From an uncultured Chthoniobacterales bacterium (lineage in GTDB: Bacteria > Verrucomicrobiota > Verrucomicrobiia > Chthoniobacterales > SZAS-18), in NCBI GenBank assembly GCA_964249195.1, contig CAXUAZ010000001.1, forward strand, positions 1 through 63,316: a stretch of 63,316 nucleotides of DNA, in the 5' to 3' direction. Positions 30,298-39,129 of the stretch are shown piece after piece. The translations under genes and the position numbers were made by a program. The notes beneath the pieces were generated by a model. It saw nothing but the letters and a program-made list of their open reading frames with translations. It ran no database searches and was not told where the DNA came from. Each line of letters starts with the position of its first letter. The stretch's first letter is position 1.

Positions 30298-31311
30298 CTA
30301 GAACTTGATCGTGTTGATGCGATCGAGCACCTTCTTCTGCACCTCGTCGGGCAACGGGGCGTAGTCCAGGGCCTTGACCTGTTTCTCGCCTTCGGTCAGC
30401 GCCCATTTCAGGAAGCCGACGAGCGCCTTGCCTTTGACGGCGTCCTTCTGCTGTTCGTAAACGAGCAGCCAGGTGACTCCCGCGATCGGGTACGAGTCCT
30501 TGCCGGGCGCATTGACCATGGAAAAACGGAAGTCGTCCGGGATCTTCGCGGTGGCGGTGGCGGCGGTGATGCCTTCCAGCGTCGGCTTGAGGTACACGCC
30601 GTCCGCGTTCTTGATTTCCGCGACCGGCAGCTTGTTTTGCGCGGCGTAGATCAACTCCACGTAGCCGATGGAACCCGCAACCTTTTGGGCCATGCTGGCA
30701 ACGCCGTCGTTGCCCTTCGCGCCGCCGCCGACCGGCCAGTTGGGCGCGGTGCTCTTGCCGACCTTCGTCTTCCACCCTTCGCTCACCGAACTCAGGTAAT
30801 CCGTAAAGATATAGCTGGTGCCGGAGCTTTCCGCGCGTCGGATGACGGCGATGGCCTGGTCAGGCAGCTTGACGCCGGGGTTGTTTTTGGCGATGGCCGC
30901 GTCGTTCCATTTGGTGATCTTGCCCAGATAAATGTCGGCGAGCGTCGGGCCGTCGAGCCTGAGATCTTTAACTTCCGGCAGGTTGTAGGTCACGGCAACG
31001 GCGCCGGCCACGGTGGGGATGTGGAGAATCTTGGCGGGCGCCTTGGCGAGGCTCTCATCGCTCATCGGGCCGTCGGAGGCGCCGAAATCGACCGTGCCTT
31101 CGGTGATCTGCTTCTGGCCGCCGCCGGAGCCGATCGGCTGGTAGTTGAACGACACCGAGGGATCGACCTTCTTGTATTCCGAGAACCACTTGGAGTAGAT
31201 CGGGTTGGGGAAAGTGGCGCCGGCGCCGGTGACGGTGGTTTGCGCCCGCGCGCCCGAGGCGGCGGCAAGGGCCGCGCCCAGAGCTAAGGTGAAGAGAGAG
31301 TTAATTTTCAT
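30298..31311 (-). CDS. pstS: phosphate ABC transporter substrate-binding protein PstS
   Basis: Start at 31311 (MKINSLFTLALGAALAAASGARA signal peptide). GAGATFPNPIYSKWF and GSGGG motifs. The track ORF 30298..32421 is over-extended upstream. Confidence 0.92.
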   Translation of the reverse strand: MKINSLFTLALGAALAAASGARAQTTVTGAGATFPNPIYSKWFSEYKKVDPSVSFNYQPIGSGGGQKQITEGTVDFGASDGPMSDESLAKAPAKILHIPTVAGAVAVTYNLPEVKDLRLDGPTLADIYLGKITKWNDAAIAKNNPGVKLPDQAIAVIRRAESSGTSYIFTDYLSSVSEGWKTKVGKSTAPNWPVGGGAKGNDGVASMAQKVAGSIGYVELIYAAQNKLPVAEIKNADGVYLKPTLEGITAATATAKIPDDFRFSMVNAPGKDSYPIAGVTWLLVYEQQKDAVKGKALVGFLKWALTEGEKQVKALDYAPLPDEVQKKVLDRINTIKF

Positions 31312-31390
31312 TGGCCAGGGTAGGTTTTGGAACTGCGCGACAGACCGACATCCGGGCTGCCCGAGGCGAGGATGGCGCCTGTGGAGGAAA

Positions 31391-31424
31391 CTGTCCTTCG
31401 CAAGATGTGTAACGTTTTTGTCAC
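31391..31424. promoter_or_regulatory. candidate Pho box in the pstS-phoU divergent region
   Basis: Direct repeats TGTAAC (31408..31413) and TGTCAC (31419..31424) are spaced 11 bp, with a further CTGTCC at 31391. This resembles the PhoB-box architecture (CTGTCAT-N4-CTGTCAT). Confidence 0.35.
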
Positions 31425-31482
31425 AACCAATCGCCCGCCGCCAGGTTGACACGCCTTCGCATGGGAATAAACAGAACTGCGT

Positions 31483-32175
31483 ATGCCCTTCGAACCCGCC
31501 AACGTCCACATCCTCGGATCCTTCGAAGAGGCGCTCAACGCTCTGCGCAACAACGTGCTGATGATGGCCAGCCTCACCGAGCGCAATCTGTCCCGGGCCT
31601 ACACCGCCCTTTTCGAGCGCAACCATGAACTCAGCGCCTTGGTGATCGCGGACGACGAAGAAGTCGACAATCTGGAGAAATCGGTGGACGCCGACGGCAT
31701 CGAACTCCTCCTGCGTTTCCAGCCCGTGGCGGTCGATCTGCGATCGATCATCGCGGCCATGAAACTCGGCGCGAACCTCGAGCGCATCGCCGACCAGGCC
31801 ACCAGCATCGCCCGGCGCGCGCGCAAGCTCAACGCCATTCCCGCCCTGGCCGAGACCCACCTGCTCGAGCAGATGGCCACCGCCTCCATCGCCATGCTCA
31901 AGGACAGCCTGCGCGCGTTCACGGACGGGGACGTGGATCTCGCGATGGCGATCAAGCCCCGCGACCGCGAGCTGGATCGCATCAACTCCGACCTCAACGC
32001 CCGCTTTACCGAACTCGCGCAGAAGGACCCCGAGCACATCAAGAGTTACCTGGATTTGATCTTCATTGCGCGAAACATCGAGCGCATTGGCGATCACGCC
32101 ACCAACATCGCCGAGGATGCCGTGTACGCGAAGGCGGCGCAGGACATCCGGCACGACTACAAAGCGGCGTTGTAG
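31483..32175 (+). CDS. phoU: phosphate signalling complex protein PhoU
   Basis: 230 aa with two PhoU repeats (ANLERIADQATSIARR and RNIERIGDHATNIAED). Divergent from pstSCAB. Confidence 0.92.
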   Translation: MPFEPANVHILGSFEEALNALRNNVLMMASLTERNLSRAYTALFERNHELSALVIADDEEVDNLEKSVDADGIELLLRFQPVAVDLRSIIAAMKLGANLERIADQATSIARRARKLNAIPALAETHLLEQMATASIAMLKDSLRAFTDGDVDLAMAIKPRDRELDRINSDLNARFTELAQKDPEHIKSYLDLIFIARNIERIGDHATNIAEDAVYAKAAQDIRHDYKAAL

Positions 32176-32254
32176 CGCAGAAGGGCAAGCGCACAACCCG
32201 GCCCGGCGCCGAATTTGCAGAACGACCCATCGGTCGAGTGCAAATTCCCCAAGG

Positions 32255-33592
32255 ATGTGGTCCCCCAACGATTTTGACGCGCGCGGCATCACCGTGGCTT
32301 CCGACCTGCCGGCGATCGACGACGCCTGCGAGATGAGCGTGGTCGTGCCCGCCTTCAATGAAGCCGGGTCCATCGGTCCGGCGCTGGAGGCGCTTGCGAG
32401 GCAGGTTGACCTGGATGGCATCCCGCTCGCGCCCGAGCGTTACGAGGTGTTGGTGCTGGCCAACAACTGCACGGACGAGACGGCGGCAGTCGCCCGGCAG
32501 TGTGGGCGAGTGCACCCGGAGTTCCGCCTGCATGTGATCGAGGCCACGCTCCTCGCGGACCAGGCGCACGTGGGCGCCGCGAGGCGGCTGGTGATGGATG
32601 AAGCGTTCCGCCGTCTCTCGGGTCTCGGTCGGGCGCGCGGCGTGATCGCCTCCACCGACGGCGACACGCTGGTTTCCCCGCGGTGGGTCGCGGCGATCCT
32701 GCGCGAGGTGGCGGCGGGCGCGGATGCCGTGGGCGGTCGGATTCGTTCGAGCGTGGCGGAGGTGGCGGGGTTGGAACCGGGCGCGCAATTATACTACCGG
32801 CAGGACAAAACGTACCGGCTCCTGCGGGCAGCCTACGAGAGCGTGCTGGATCCCGATCCGCAGAACCCCTGGCCGCGGCACTTCCAATACTTCGGCGCCA
32901 GTCTGGCGGTCACGGTGGAAGCGTACCGCGACTCCGGGGGTCTTCCCGCCGTGCCGGTGCTCGAAGACATGGCGTTCTCGGATCGTCTGGAGCGCATCGA
33001 CGCGCGAATGCGGCACAGCCCGCAGGTGAGCGTGATGACCTCACTCCGGTGCGTGGGAAAGGTCGGGGTAGGGCTCTCCTCCACGTTATCGCAATGGACG
33101 CACCGCGCCCGGACCGGCGAACCCATCCTGGTCGAGTCGGGAGAGGCCATCGAAACGCTGGCTTTGGACCGGCAGCGCGTCAGGCGGTTAACGACATCGG
33201 GCATTCAACAGGCGGCTGCGTTGCTAAAGGTCGAGTCAGACTGGTTGCGCGAGCGTTGGGAAGCAGCGCCCGGGTTTGGAGCGCTGTGGCAGGAAGTCCG
33301 CGCCAGGCAGAAGGCAAGCGGGGTGCGGCATTGGGCGATCGAACCGATTACAATCGGTGAAGCCATCGCCGATCTGCGCGAACGCCTGGAACCCTGGTGG
33401 ATCATCCTGCGCCGGCCACGCGCTCGAACAAATCGAGTCGGTACTTCTCGTCGCGCGAGCCTTTCAAATGGCGCAGCGACTCCGGCGCGGCCAGGAACTC
33501 AGCGTGCACCTCATCTCCGGTCAACGGATAGTCGGGCACGGGCGGCGTCCAGTGAACCAGCAGTAGATGTCCACCCGGCGCCAGTTGGCTGA
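32255..33592 (+). CDS. family 2 glycosyltransferase
   Basis: ATG at 32255 within ORF 32066..33592. MSVVVPAFNEAGSI, NNCTDET, STDGDTLV (DxD) and LEDMAFS. The last ~60 codons are Arg/Ser/Pro-rich and lie antisense to the convergent methyltransferase gene. Confidence 0.75.
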   Translation: MWSPNDFDARGITVASDLPAIDDACEMSVVVPAFNEAGSIGPALEALARQVDLDGIPLAPERYEVLVLANNCTDETAAVARQCGRVHPEFRLHVIEATLLADQAHVGAARRLVMDEAFRRLSGLGRARGVIASTDGDTLVSPRWVAAILREVAAGADAVGGRIRSSVAEVAGLEPGAQLYYRQDKTYRLLRAAYESVLDPDPQNPWPRHFQYFGASLAVTVEAYRDSGGLPAVPVLEDMAFSDRLERIDARMRHSPQVSVMTSLRCVGKVGVGLSSTLSQWTHRARTGEPILVESGEAIETLALDRQRVRRLTTSGIQQAAALLKVESDWLRERWEAAPGFGALWQEVRARQKASGVRHWAIEPITIGEAIADLRERLEPWWIILRRPRARTNRVGTSRRASLSNGAATPARPGTQRAPHLRSTDSRARAASSEPAVDVHPAPVG

Positions 33593-33989
33593 TGCAGCGC
33601 GCCCGGAGCGACCGTAGATCGTCTTTTGACAGGTAGTAGCCGACCTCGGAGACGAGGATGAGATCGAACATCCCATTTGGAAACTCGGCCGGCAGTTGGG
33701 CGCGCTCGAGGCGGATGTTAGCGAGATCACGAAACCGCTCGCGCGCCTGGGCGAGCGCGTCTTCGTTGATGTCGACCGAGAGCAGCCGCTCGCATCGCAC
33801 AGCCAGTTGCGCCGTCAAGACCCCGATGGAGCAACCGGCTTCAAACGCCTGCTCGTATCGGTCGCGCGGCAACGCGGCGAGCGTTGCCTGGTATTTGGCG
33901 GCCTCGTAAGGGCTGGTCGCGAAGTCCCACGGGTCCGATTTGCGCCGATAGACCTCCTCGAAGTAGGCGGGCGGGAGGGTGTCGCTCAT
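33402..33989 (-). CDS. NodS-like class I SAM-dependent methyltransferase
   Basis: ORF 33402..34010. The ATG at 33989 gives an ATGA overlap with the upstream ACAD-like stop. SDPWDF, FEAGCSIGVLTAQLA (SAM motif I) and LILVSEVGYYL. Confidence 0.75.
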   Translation of the reverse strand: MSDTLPPAYFEEVYRRKSDPWDFATSPYEAAKYQATLAALPRDRYEQAFEAGCSIGVLTAQLAVRCERLLSVDINEDALAQARERFRDLANIRLERAQLPAEFPNGMFDLILVSEVGYYLSKDDLRSLRARCISQLAPGGHLLLVHWTPPVPDYPLTGDEVHAEFLAAPESLRHLKGSRDEKYRLDLFERVAGAG

Positions 33990-35161
33990 TGCCATTGGGC
34001 GCCCGGCCATTGGCTGAAGGCGGGCAGGGGATTCTCCATCGCATACCGGCCAATGCGCTCGATGATCGCGTCAGGGGCGGGTTGACGCAGGTACATGGTC
34101 AAATCGCGCATGAGGCGTTCGAAGGGCCACGGGCGCAGGAGCCCGCGCGCGCCCACGCAACGCTGCGCCTCGCGCAGTACGTCCAGGCAGATGGTTTCCA
34201 CGGCCATGCGCGCCATCCCGGCGTAGGCGATCACCGCGCCGATGTCGCCATCCGGAGCCTCAGCGGCCGCGGCCGCGCCTTCCAGCCAAAGCGCACCGCT
34301 TTGCACCGCCATGGCCATCGCGGCCAGCCGGATGCGTTGCGGGGCTTGATCCTGCTGGTTGAACTCGCGCGCGTAGGCGCGGACGGCGTCGTATATCGCT
34401 TCCGCCCCGCCGAGGTGGACGGCCACGAACCGGATCGCGCCGCCGTTAAACCATGGGTCGCGATAGTAATCATCCGGGCGGCCGAGTAGATCCGCGTCGG
34501 TGATCTCCACCCCGCTAAAATCCACCGCGCCGCTGGCGGTGGCCTCCATCCCGAGCGGCTTCCACCACGATGGGTCTTCGCGCGCCCCAGCCGATTCCAT
34601 CGGCACGATGCACATCTGCCATCCCCCGTCGGGAAGCCGTCCGGTGATGATCGGTCGCGTTACCCGGCCCAGACCCGACGCGAAGTGCTTGCTCCCTTCC
34701 AGGCGCCAGCCTCCGCCATTTTTTCGGGTGAACCGGACGCCGGTTCCGTCCCCGGGTTCCGCGTTCCAGACGCCGAAAATCCGCTTGCCATCCCGCGCAT
34801 CGGCCGCCCACCGCGCCGCGCTCGGCGGCGCGGCGAACCGTTGGACGATCTGCAGGGCATTCACGTGCCCCTCGTAGATCCGGCCCGTCGGCAAGCTCCC
34901 GCGGCCCACGTGCTTGAGGACCTGCAGCAAGGGCGCGGTAATCCCCGGTTCGTTCCCCAGCCCCCAGCCGCCCATCTCCTTTGATAACGGCAGGGCAAGC
35001 CAGCCCTCATCGGCGATCCAGCGAAATTCCTGATCGGGAAACGCGCGATCGGGGTCGGCGGCGGCGCAGGCGGAAAGCCGGTCCGACAACAGGGCCGCCC
35101 GGCGCAGCATTTCAGGGATGTCCGGGGTCGCGGTCGCGATGGGAGGTGGCAGGGATGACAT
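33986..35161 (-). CDS. acyl-CoA dehydrogenase family protein
   Basis: 391 aa. The overall ACAD layout (N-terminal helical, middle beta and C-terminal helical domains; GGWGLG..., FASGLG...) is recognised by eye only. Confidence 0.6.
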   Translation of the reverse strand: MSSLPPPIATATPDIPEMLRRAALLSDRLSACAAADPDRAFPDQEFRWIADEGWLALPLSKEMGGWGLGNEPGITAPLLQVLKHVGRGSLPTGRIYEGHVNALQIVQRFAAPPSAARWAADARDGKRIFGVWNAEPGDGTGVRFTRKNGGGWRLEGSKHFASGLGRVTRPIITGRLPDGGWQMCIVPMESAGAREDPSWWKPLGMEATASGAVDFSGVEITDADLLGRPDDYYRDPWFNGGAIRFVAVHLGGAEAIYDAVRAYAREFNQQDQAPQRIRLAAMAMAVQSGALWLEGAAAAAEAPDGDIGAVIAYAGMARMAVETICLDVLREAQRCVGARGLLRPWPFERLMRDLTMYLRQPAPDAIIERIGRYAMENPLPAFSQWPGAQWQ

Positions 35162-35168
35162 CGGATTT

Positions 35169-35666
35169 TCAACGCACGGCGCGCAGCGGCGCCAGATCGG
35201 GTTCTTCGCGCGCCATTTGCCGGCACGCAGCGTTCAGGCGAATGGCCTGCCGCAAGGCGGCGCGGGCGGCGGGCAGCCGTCGCAACTGGGCGAAGTAGCA
35301 GGCAAGGTTGAAGTGGATGAACGCCTCGGCGCCGTGCAGGGCGCGCGCCCGCTCGAGGATCCCCAGCGCGCTCGTCAGCGACTCGGTCCGTCGGGCCGCG
35401 TAGGCCCAACTGATCCACCACTGCGCGTCCTCCGGGTGAACTGACGTGAGATGGCATGCGATGTCCCGCATGGGCGCCCATTGCTTTCTCTGCTGATGCA
35501 ACATCAGCCGCATGGCGAGACCGGCGGGCAGGCGGCGGGCCGCTTCCGAGAGCGAGTCCAGCTCCGCCTCGGCCTCCCCCGGCATATCCAGGACAAGATA
35601 GCCCTCCGCCGCTTCCAGCCGGCGCCGGTCGAGATAGTCCATTGAATTTGGCAGCGCCGTGGGCAT
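35169..35666 (-). CDS. TPR-like repeat protein
   Basis: 165 aa, helical repeats with AxxA patterns (FNLACYFAQLRRLPAARAALRQAIRLN). First gene of the minus-strand TPR-ACAD-methyltransferase string. Confidence 0.5.
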   Translation of the reverse strand: MPTALPNSMDYLDRRRLEAAEGYLVLDMPGEAEAELDSLSEAARRLPAGLAMRLMLHQQRKQWAPMRDIACHLTSVHPEDAQWWISWAYAARRTESLTSALGILERARALHGAEAFIHFNLACYFAQLRRLPAARAALRQAIRLNAACRQMAREEPDLAPLRAVR

Positions 35667-35784
35667 AGCAGACTTCTACCGGGAACGAGAAACTCCGGCG
35701 GCGCAAGGACGAATCTCGCCGGCGCGCGGACCATCCGCTTTCCCGCTTTCCTTCAACGTCCTTGCTTGATACGAAAATCCCTCC

Positions 35785-37899
35785 ATGTCGGATCTTCGAT
35801 CTTGTATTTTTATCATGGCCGTCCTGCTCCTGCTGGCGCCAGGCGGCGCCTCAGCCCAGGAAGGCGCACCCGAACAGGTGTTGGTGACAGCGGAGTCGGT
35901 CGACGTGCTCTCGCCAAGCCTTGAGGATGCCCAAGCGCGACTGCTGACCGTGCCGGCGGCGACCAGCGTGTACGACTCCGAGGATTACCGTCTCGGACGG
36001 CACGATTACCTGGAAGATTTCCTGCGTTATCAACCCGGGCTGGTGATCTCGTCCTCCCAAGGCTCCGAGAATACGCACGTTTCCAGCCGGGGCTCGGGTC
36101 AGAACAACGACGACATCATCGGGTTGACCATCCTCATCGATGGCATCCCGCTCAATCAGGTCGATGGCGAGGCGTTCCTCCACGATATCGACCTGCAATC
36201 GATCAAGTACGCCGAGGTCTACCGCGGGGCCGATGCGCTCCGCTACGGAGGAGTCACCCTTGGAGGCGCCATTAACCTCGTTTCTTTGACCGGCCGGGAG
36301 GCGGCCCCGGTCAGCATTGGGACTTCCTTTGGCAGCTTCGGGTATTATCAGCAGACGATTTCCACCGGCTTAAGTCACGGGCCGTGGGATCTGCTCGCCG
36401 CGTTCTCCAACCACGTGCAGGGCGGTTACCAGGAGCACAGCCAGGAAAATTACCAGAAGCTGACCGTCAACCTCGGCTACCGGATCAACGACACGAGCGA
36501 GAACCGTTTCTATTTCTACTACGGGCGCCTCGACCAGAACAATCCCGCCTCGCTCGACAAGGAGGCTCTGTACGCCAACCCGCGCGGGACCGACCCCGAG
36601 GCCATCGAGCAGGATTGGAACACCCGATGGAACTACTACCGCCTTATGGACCGCTTTGCGGTGCGCGGCTCGGATTGGACCTTCCAGGCGAGTCTGGAAT
36701 GGAACCATCGCCAGCAGGAACAACGCGATGAGTACGAAGATGATTTCCGCCTGGGCACGGTGCGGTTCTATTCCGATGATTACGCGGCGGACGTCGCCTT
36801 TGAATCAACCGCCGAGGTCTTTGGTCACAAGAACCGATTCAGCGTCGGAGCGCTCCCGGCCTTCGAGCCGGAATCCGACTCGTTTTACGCCAACCCCGAC
36901 GGCAAAATCGGGGCGCTCCTTTTCGCGGACCGCACCTATTACCTTAATCTGCCGTTGTTTGCGGAGGATCAGTTTTATCTTACGAAAGAATTGTCTCTGC
37001 TCGCGGGTTTTCAGGCGGTGTACGTCAACCGCGTTTTCCAGGACGGCTACCATTCCGCGACGCTCGGCGATCAGTCCCATGACGATCACTTCCGCGCGTT
37101 CAATCCCAAGGGCGGCGTGGCGTACCAGTGGAACGACAAGTCGCTGGTTTACCTGAACCTGAGCCGCAGCTTCCAGCCGGTTTCGTTCGACGAATCGATC
37201 GGCGTGCAGGAAGGCCCGGACGGCGGCCAAGCCTTCCACAATCTCGAACCGCAACATGCCATCACGCTGGAGCTCGGCACGCGTGGGGAAGCGGGTCCGC
37301 TGACGTGGGACCTGGTGCTTTATCGCTCCTGGGTGCACCACGAGTTGCTGGCCTTGAACAACGCGCAAGGCACGCCGCTGGGCACCGTCAACGCCGACGA
37401 CACAGTTCATCAGGGGATCGAGGCGGGGCTGGAGGTGGAACTCGCGCACAACCTGCTCGTCCCGAAGGGCAAGGATGCACGTTCAGACCGCTTGGTGCTG
37501 GAGCAAACCTATAACCTCAGCGACTTCCGATTCGACGACGACGCGGTTTACGGGGATCACCGCATCGCCGGCAATCCCACGCAGGCGTACAAGGCGGAGA
37601 TCCGCTACGAACATCCCTCGGGAGTTTACTTCGGGTCGAACGTGGAGTGGAACATCGTCAAATACCCGGTGGACGAAGCCAACACGCTCTTTGCCGACCC
37701 GTATGCCCTGCTGGGCTTTCGCGCCGGCTACAAGACCCAACGCGGCTTCCAGGTGTACTTCGAGGCCAGAAACCTGCTCGACGAGGCTTACGCCGCTTAC
37801 GTCGAGCCGATTGCGGACGCTCGCATCGGGGATGACAATGACTCGTTCAGCCCGGGACTTGGGCGCGCTTTCTATGGCGGCGTGTCGTGGAGTTGGTAG
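35785..37899 (+). CDS. TonB-dependent outer membrane receptor
   Basis: 704 aa. Signal peptide, plug-domain motifs (ILIDGIPLN, YRGADALRYGGVTLGGAINLVS), beta-barrel repeats and a C-terminal aromatic residue (SWSW). Confidence 0.9.
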   Translation: MSDLRSCIFIMAVLLLLAPGGASAQEGAPEQVLVTAESVDVLSPSLEDAQARLLTVPAATSVYDSEDYRLGRHDYLEDFLRYQPGLVISSSQGSENTHVSSRGSGQNNDDIIGLTILIDGIPLNQVDGEAFLHDIDLQSIKYAEVYRGADALRYGGVTLGGAINLVSLTGREAAPVSIGTSFGSFGYYQQTISTGLSHGPWDLLAAFSNHVQGGYQEHSQENYQKLTVNLGYRINDTSENRFYFYYGRLDQNNPASLDKEALYANPRGTDPEAIEQDWNTRWNYYRLMDRFAVRGSDWTFQASLEWNHRQQEQRDEYEDDFRLGTVRFYSDDYAADVAFESTAEVFGHKNRFSVGALPAFEPESDSFYANPDGKIGALLFADRTYYLNLPLFAEDQFYLTKELSLLAGFQAVYVNRVFQDGYHSATLGDQSHDDHFRAFNPKGGVAYQWNDKSLVYLNLSRSFQPVSFDESIGVQEGPDGGQAFHNLEPQHAITLELGTRGEAGPLTWDLVLYRSWVHHELLALNNAQGTPLGTVNADDTVHQGIEAGLEVELAHNLLVPKGKDARSDRLVLEQTYNLSDFRFDDDAVYGDHRIAGNPTQAYKAEIRYEHPSGVYFGSNVEWNIVKYPVDEANTLFADPYALLGFRAGYKTQRGFQVYFEARNLLDEAYAAYVEPIADARIGDDNDSFSPGLGRAFYGGVSWSW

Positions 37900-37950
37900 G
37901 AGGGTGGCTCGCTTGCGATTTACGTCGGTCGGTGCACAGTATTGTTATCA

Positions 37951-37990
37951 GGGCGGTTAGCTCAGTGGTAGAGCGGCTCGTTTACACCGA
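37951..37990 (+). repeat. attL: displaced 5-prime half of tRNA-Val (40-nt direct repeat of 48982..49021)
   Basis: gggCggttagctcagtggtagagcggctcgtttacaccga shows 39/40 identity to the 5-prime part of the intact tRNA at 48982. The sequence diverges after the anticodon loop. Confidence 0.9.
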
Positions 37991-38336
37991 TAAACGAGCA
38001 GATATTCTCACATCGTCCCCATCTGCTCTTTAGGTCGTTTCTAGAGGGAGAATCGGTCGAAGCGCCTTCTCTCTCGTAGGTCTCACTTGCTCCCATCTTT
38101 ATCCGGTTGCCGGATAAAAGGACGGATAAAAGATGCAGACGCTTGACGCCCGCTCCCCCGGCGTGCATCCTGTCCCTGTCGCTGCTTGAACAGCGACCGC
38201 CAACACTTCACCCCGGCCTACTAAGCCGGACGGCGCAAAACGCAGAAGATCAAAGTCCGTGTTTGGATAACCCCGGCGGGTAGTGCTGAGGGGTGAAAAG
38301 GTTCAAGCCTTCCGAGCACGGACCTTTTTTGTACTT

Positions 38337-38648
38337 ATGAAGAACAGTGATGAGTCAGTAATCTATCAGGGGCGGGAAATTCCCGCCACGGTTCTAAACT
38401 ACCAGTCCGGTTCCATTACTTTGGGCAGACGGAGAGGGAATGCCGAGGCGGACGGTGATGAAGAAATTCTCCGAGATACCGAGGGGCATTATTACCTGCG
38501 GCAGCGGATTAATTGGGACGGGCCGGTGCGTGTCCACCGAATCAGCGTCAAAGCGGCGATCCTGTGGGCCACGGTCCGAGCAAATTGGCTACGGAATGAC
38601 TTGCGCGAGGCTGCGCGGGATCTCATCGCAGGAAGGGAGGCGGCATGA
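38337..38648 (+). CDS. hypothetical protein (island cargo gene 1 of 3)
   Basis: ATG at 38337 within ORF 38283..38648 (MKNSDESVIYQGREIP...). No family recognised. ATGA overlap with the next gene. Confidence 0.5.
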   Translation: MKNSDESVIYQGREIPATVLNYQSGSITLGRRRGNAEADGDEEILRDTEGHYYLRQRINWDGPVRVHRISVKAAILWATVRANWLRNDLREAARDLIAGREAA

Positions 38649-38854
38649 GTGAGCCAATTAAGGTCACCGTTAGCTTTCCGCCAGATGGGTACGCGATGCT
38701 TTCCAGCATGGTCACCTACGATGGCTATGCGAGCGTCGAGGACTGGATCGTGGCGAGCGCTGCGGATTCTGTTGCCGCTTGGTGCGCGGCCGTGAAGGAA
38801 GCAGATACCCGAAGGATGTTTGGCCTCGCCCAAGAAGAGGAGGCAACCGTATGA
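38645..38854 (+). CDS. hypothetical small protein, possibly ribbon-helix-helix-like (cargo gene 2 of 3)
   Basis: 69 aa. The N-terminal IKVTVSFPPDGYAMLSSM looks like the strand-helix start of CopG/Arc folds (weak). ATGA overlaps on both sides. Confidence 0.45.
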   Translation: MSEPIKVTVSFPPDGYAMLSSMVTYDGYASVEDWIVASAADSVAAWCAAVKEADTRRMFGLAQEEEATV

Positions 38855-39078
38855 GCAAGGGAATGTCCGCTTACGTATTCCGCGCGCCCATCGAGGTCGA
38901 AGTGACCGAAGATTTCATCGCGCTCGCCACCAGCCGGGAACTCACCCCGGAATTGCTGGCGCAGATGCTTTGCGACACAGCCTGTGAATCCCCGCTCCAG
39001 AGAGCAAAGGCTGGAGCTGAGCGGGCGAAGATTATTCGGCTTCCCTCTGATGTGGAGGGAAGCTGGATAACTGAGTAA
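38851..39078 (+). CDS. hypothetical small protein (cargo gene 3 of 3)
   Basis: ATG at 38851 (MSKGMSAYVFRAPIEVEVTEDFIALATS...), 75 aa, followed by a strong intrinsic terminator. Confidence 0.45.
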   Translation: MSKGMSAYVFRAPIEVEVTEDFIALATSRELTPELLAQMLCDTACESPLQRAKAGAERAKIIRLPSDVEGSWITE

Positions 39079-39096
39079 ATAGCACATGCAATCAAC

Positions 39097-39129
39097 CCCC
39101 GCCCCCGGTTCGCCGGCGGCGGGGTTTTT
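39097..39129. terminator. rho-independent terminator (bidirectional position)
   Basis: 12-bp GC stem with 11/12 paired (ccccgcccccgg-ttcg-ccggcggcgggg), then ttttt. The T-run overlaps the stop codon of the convergent M41-like gene. Confidence 0.8.

Noticed and set aside
30298-32421. 707-aa minus-strand ORF covering pstS and the region antisense to phoU
   Set aside because: A clear signal peptide and PstS homology begin at the internal ATG (31311). The upstream part is antisense to phoU and has no protein-like features.
37962-38168. 68-aa minus-strand ORF in the attL-proximal non-coding region
   Set aside because: It overlaps the tRNA fragment and the att repeats, has no coding features, and is more plausibly recombination-site DNA.
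38255-38336. Possible structured leader or small RNA ending in gtccgtg...cacggac-ctttttt just before the first cargo gene
   Set aside because: The stem is only 7 bp with a ~60-nt loop, and alternative pairings are equally weak. No known riboswitch or sRNA pattern is recognised.
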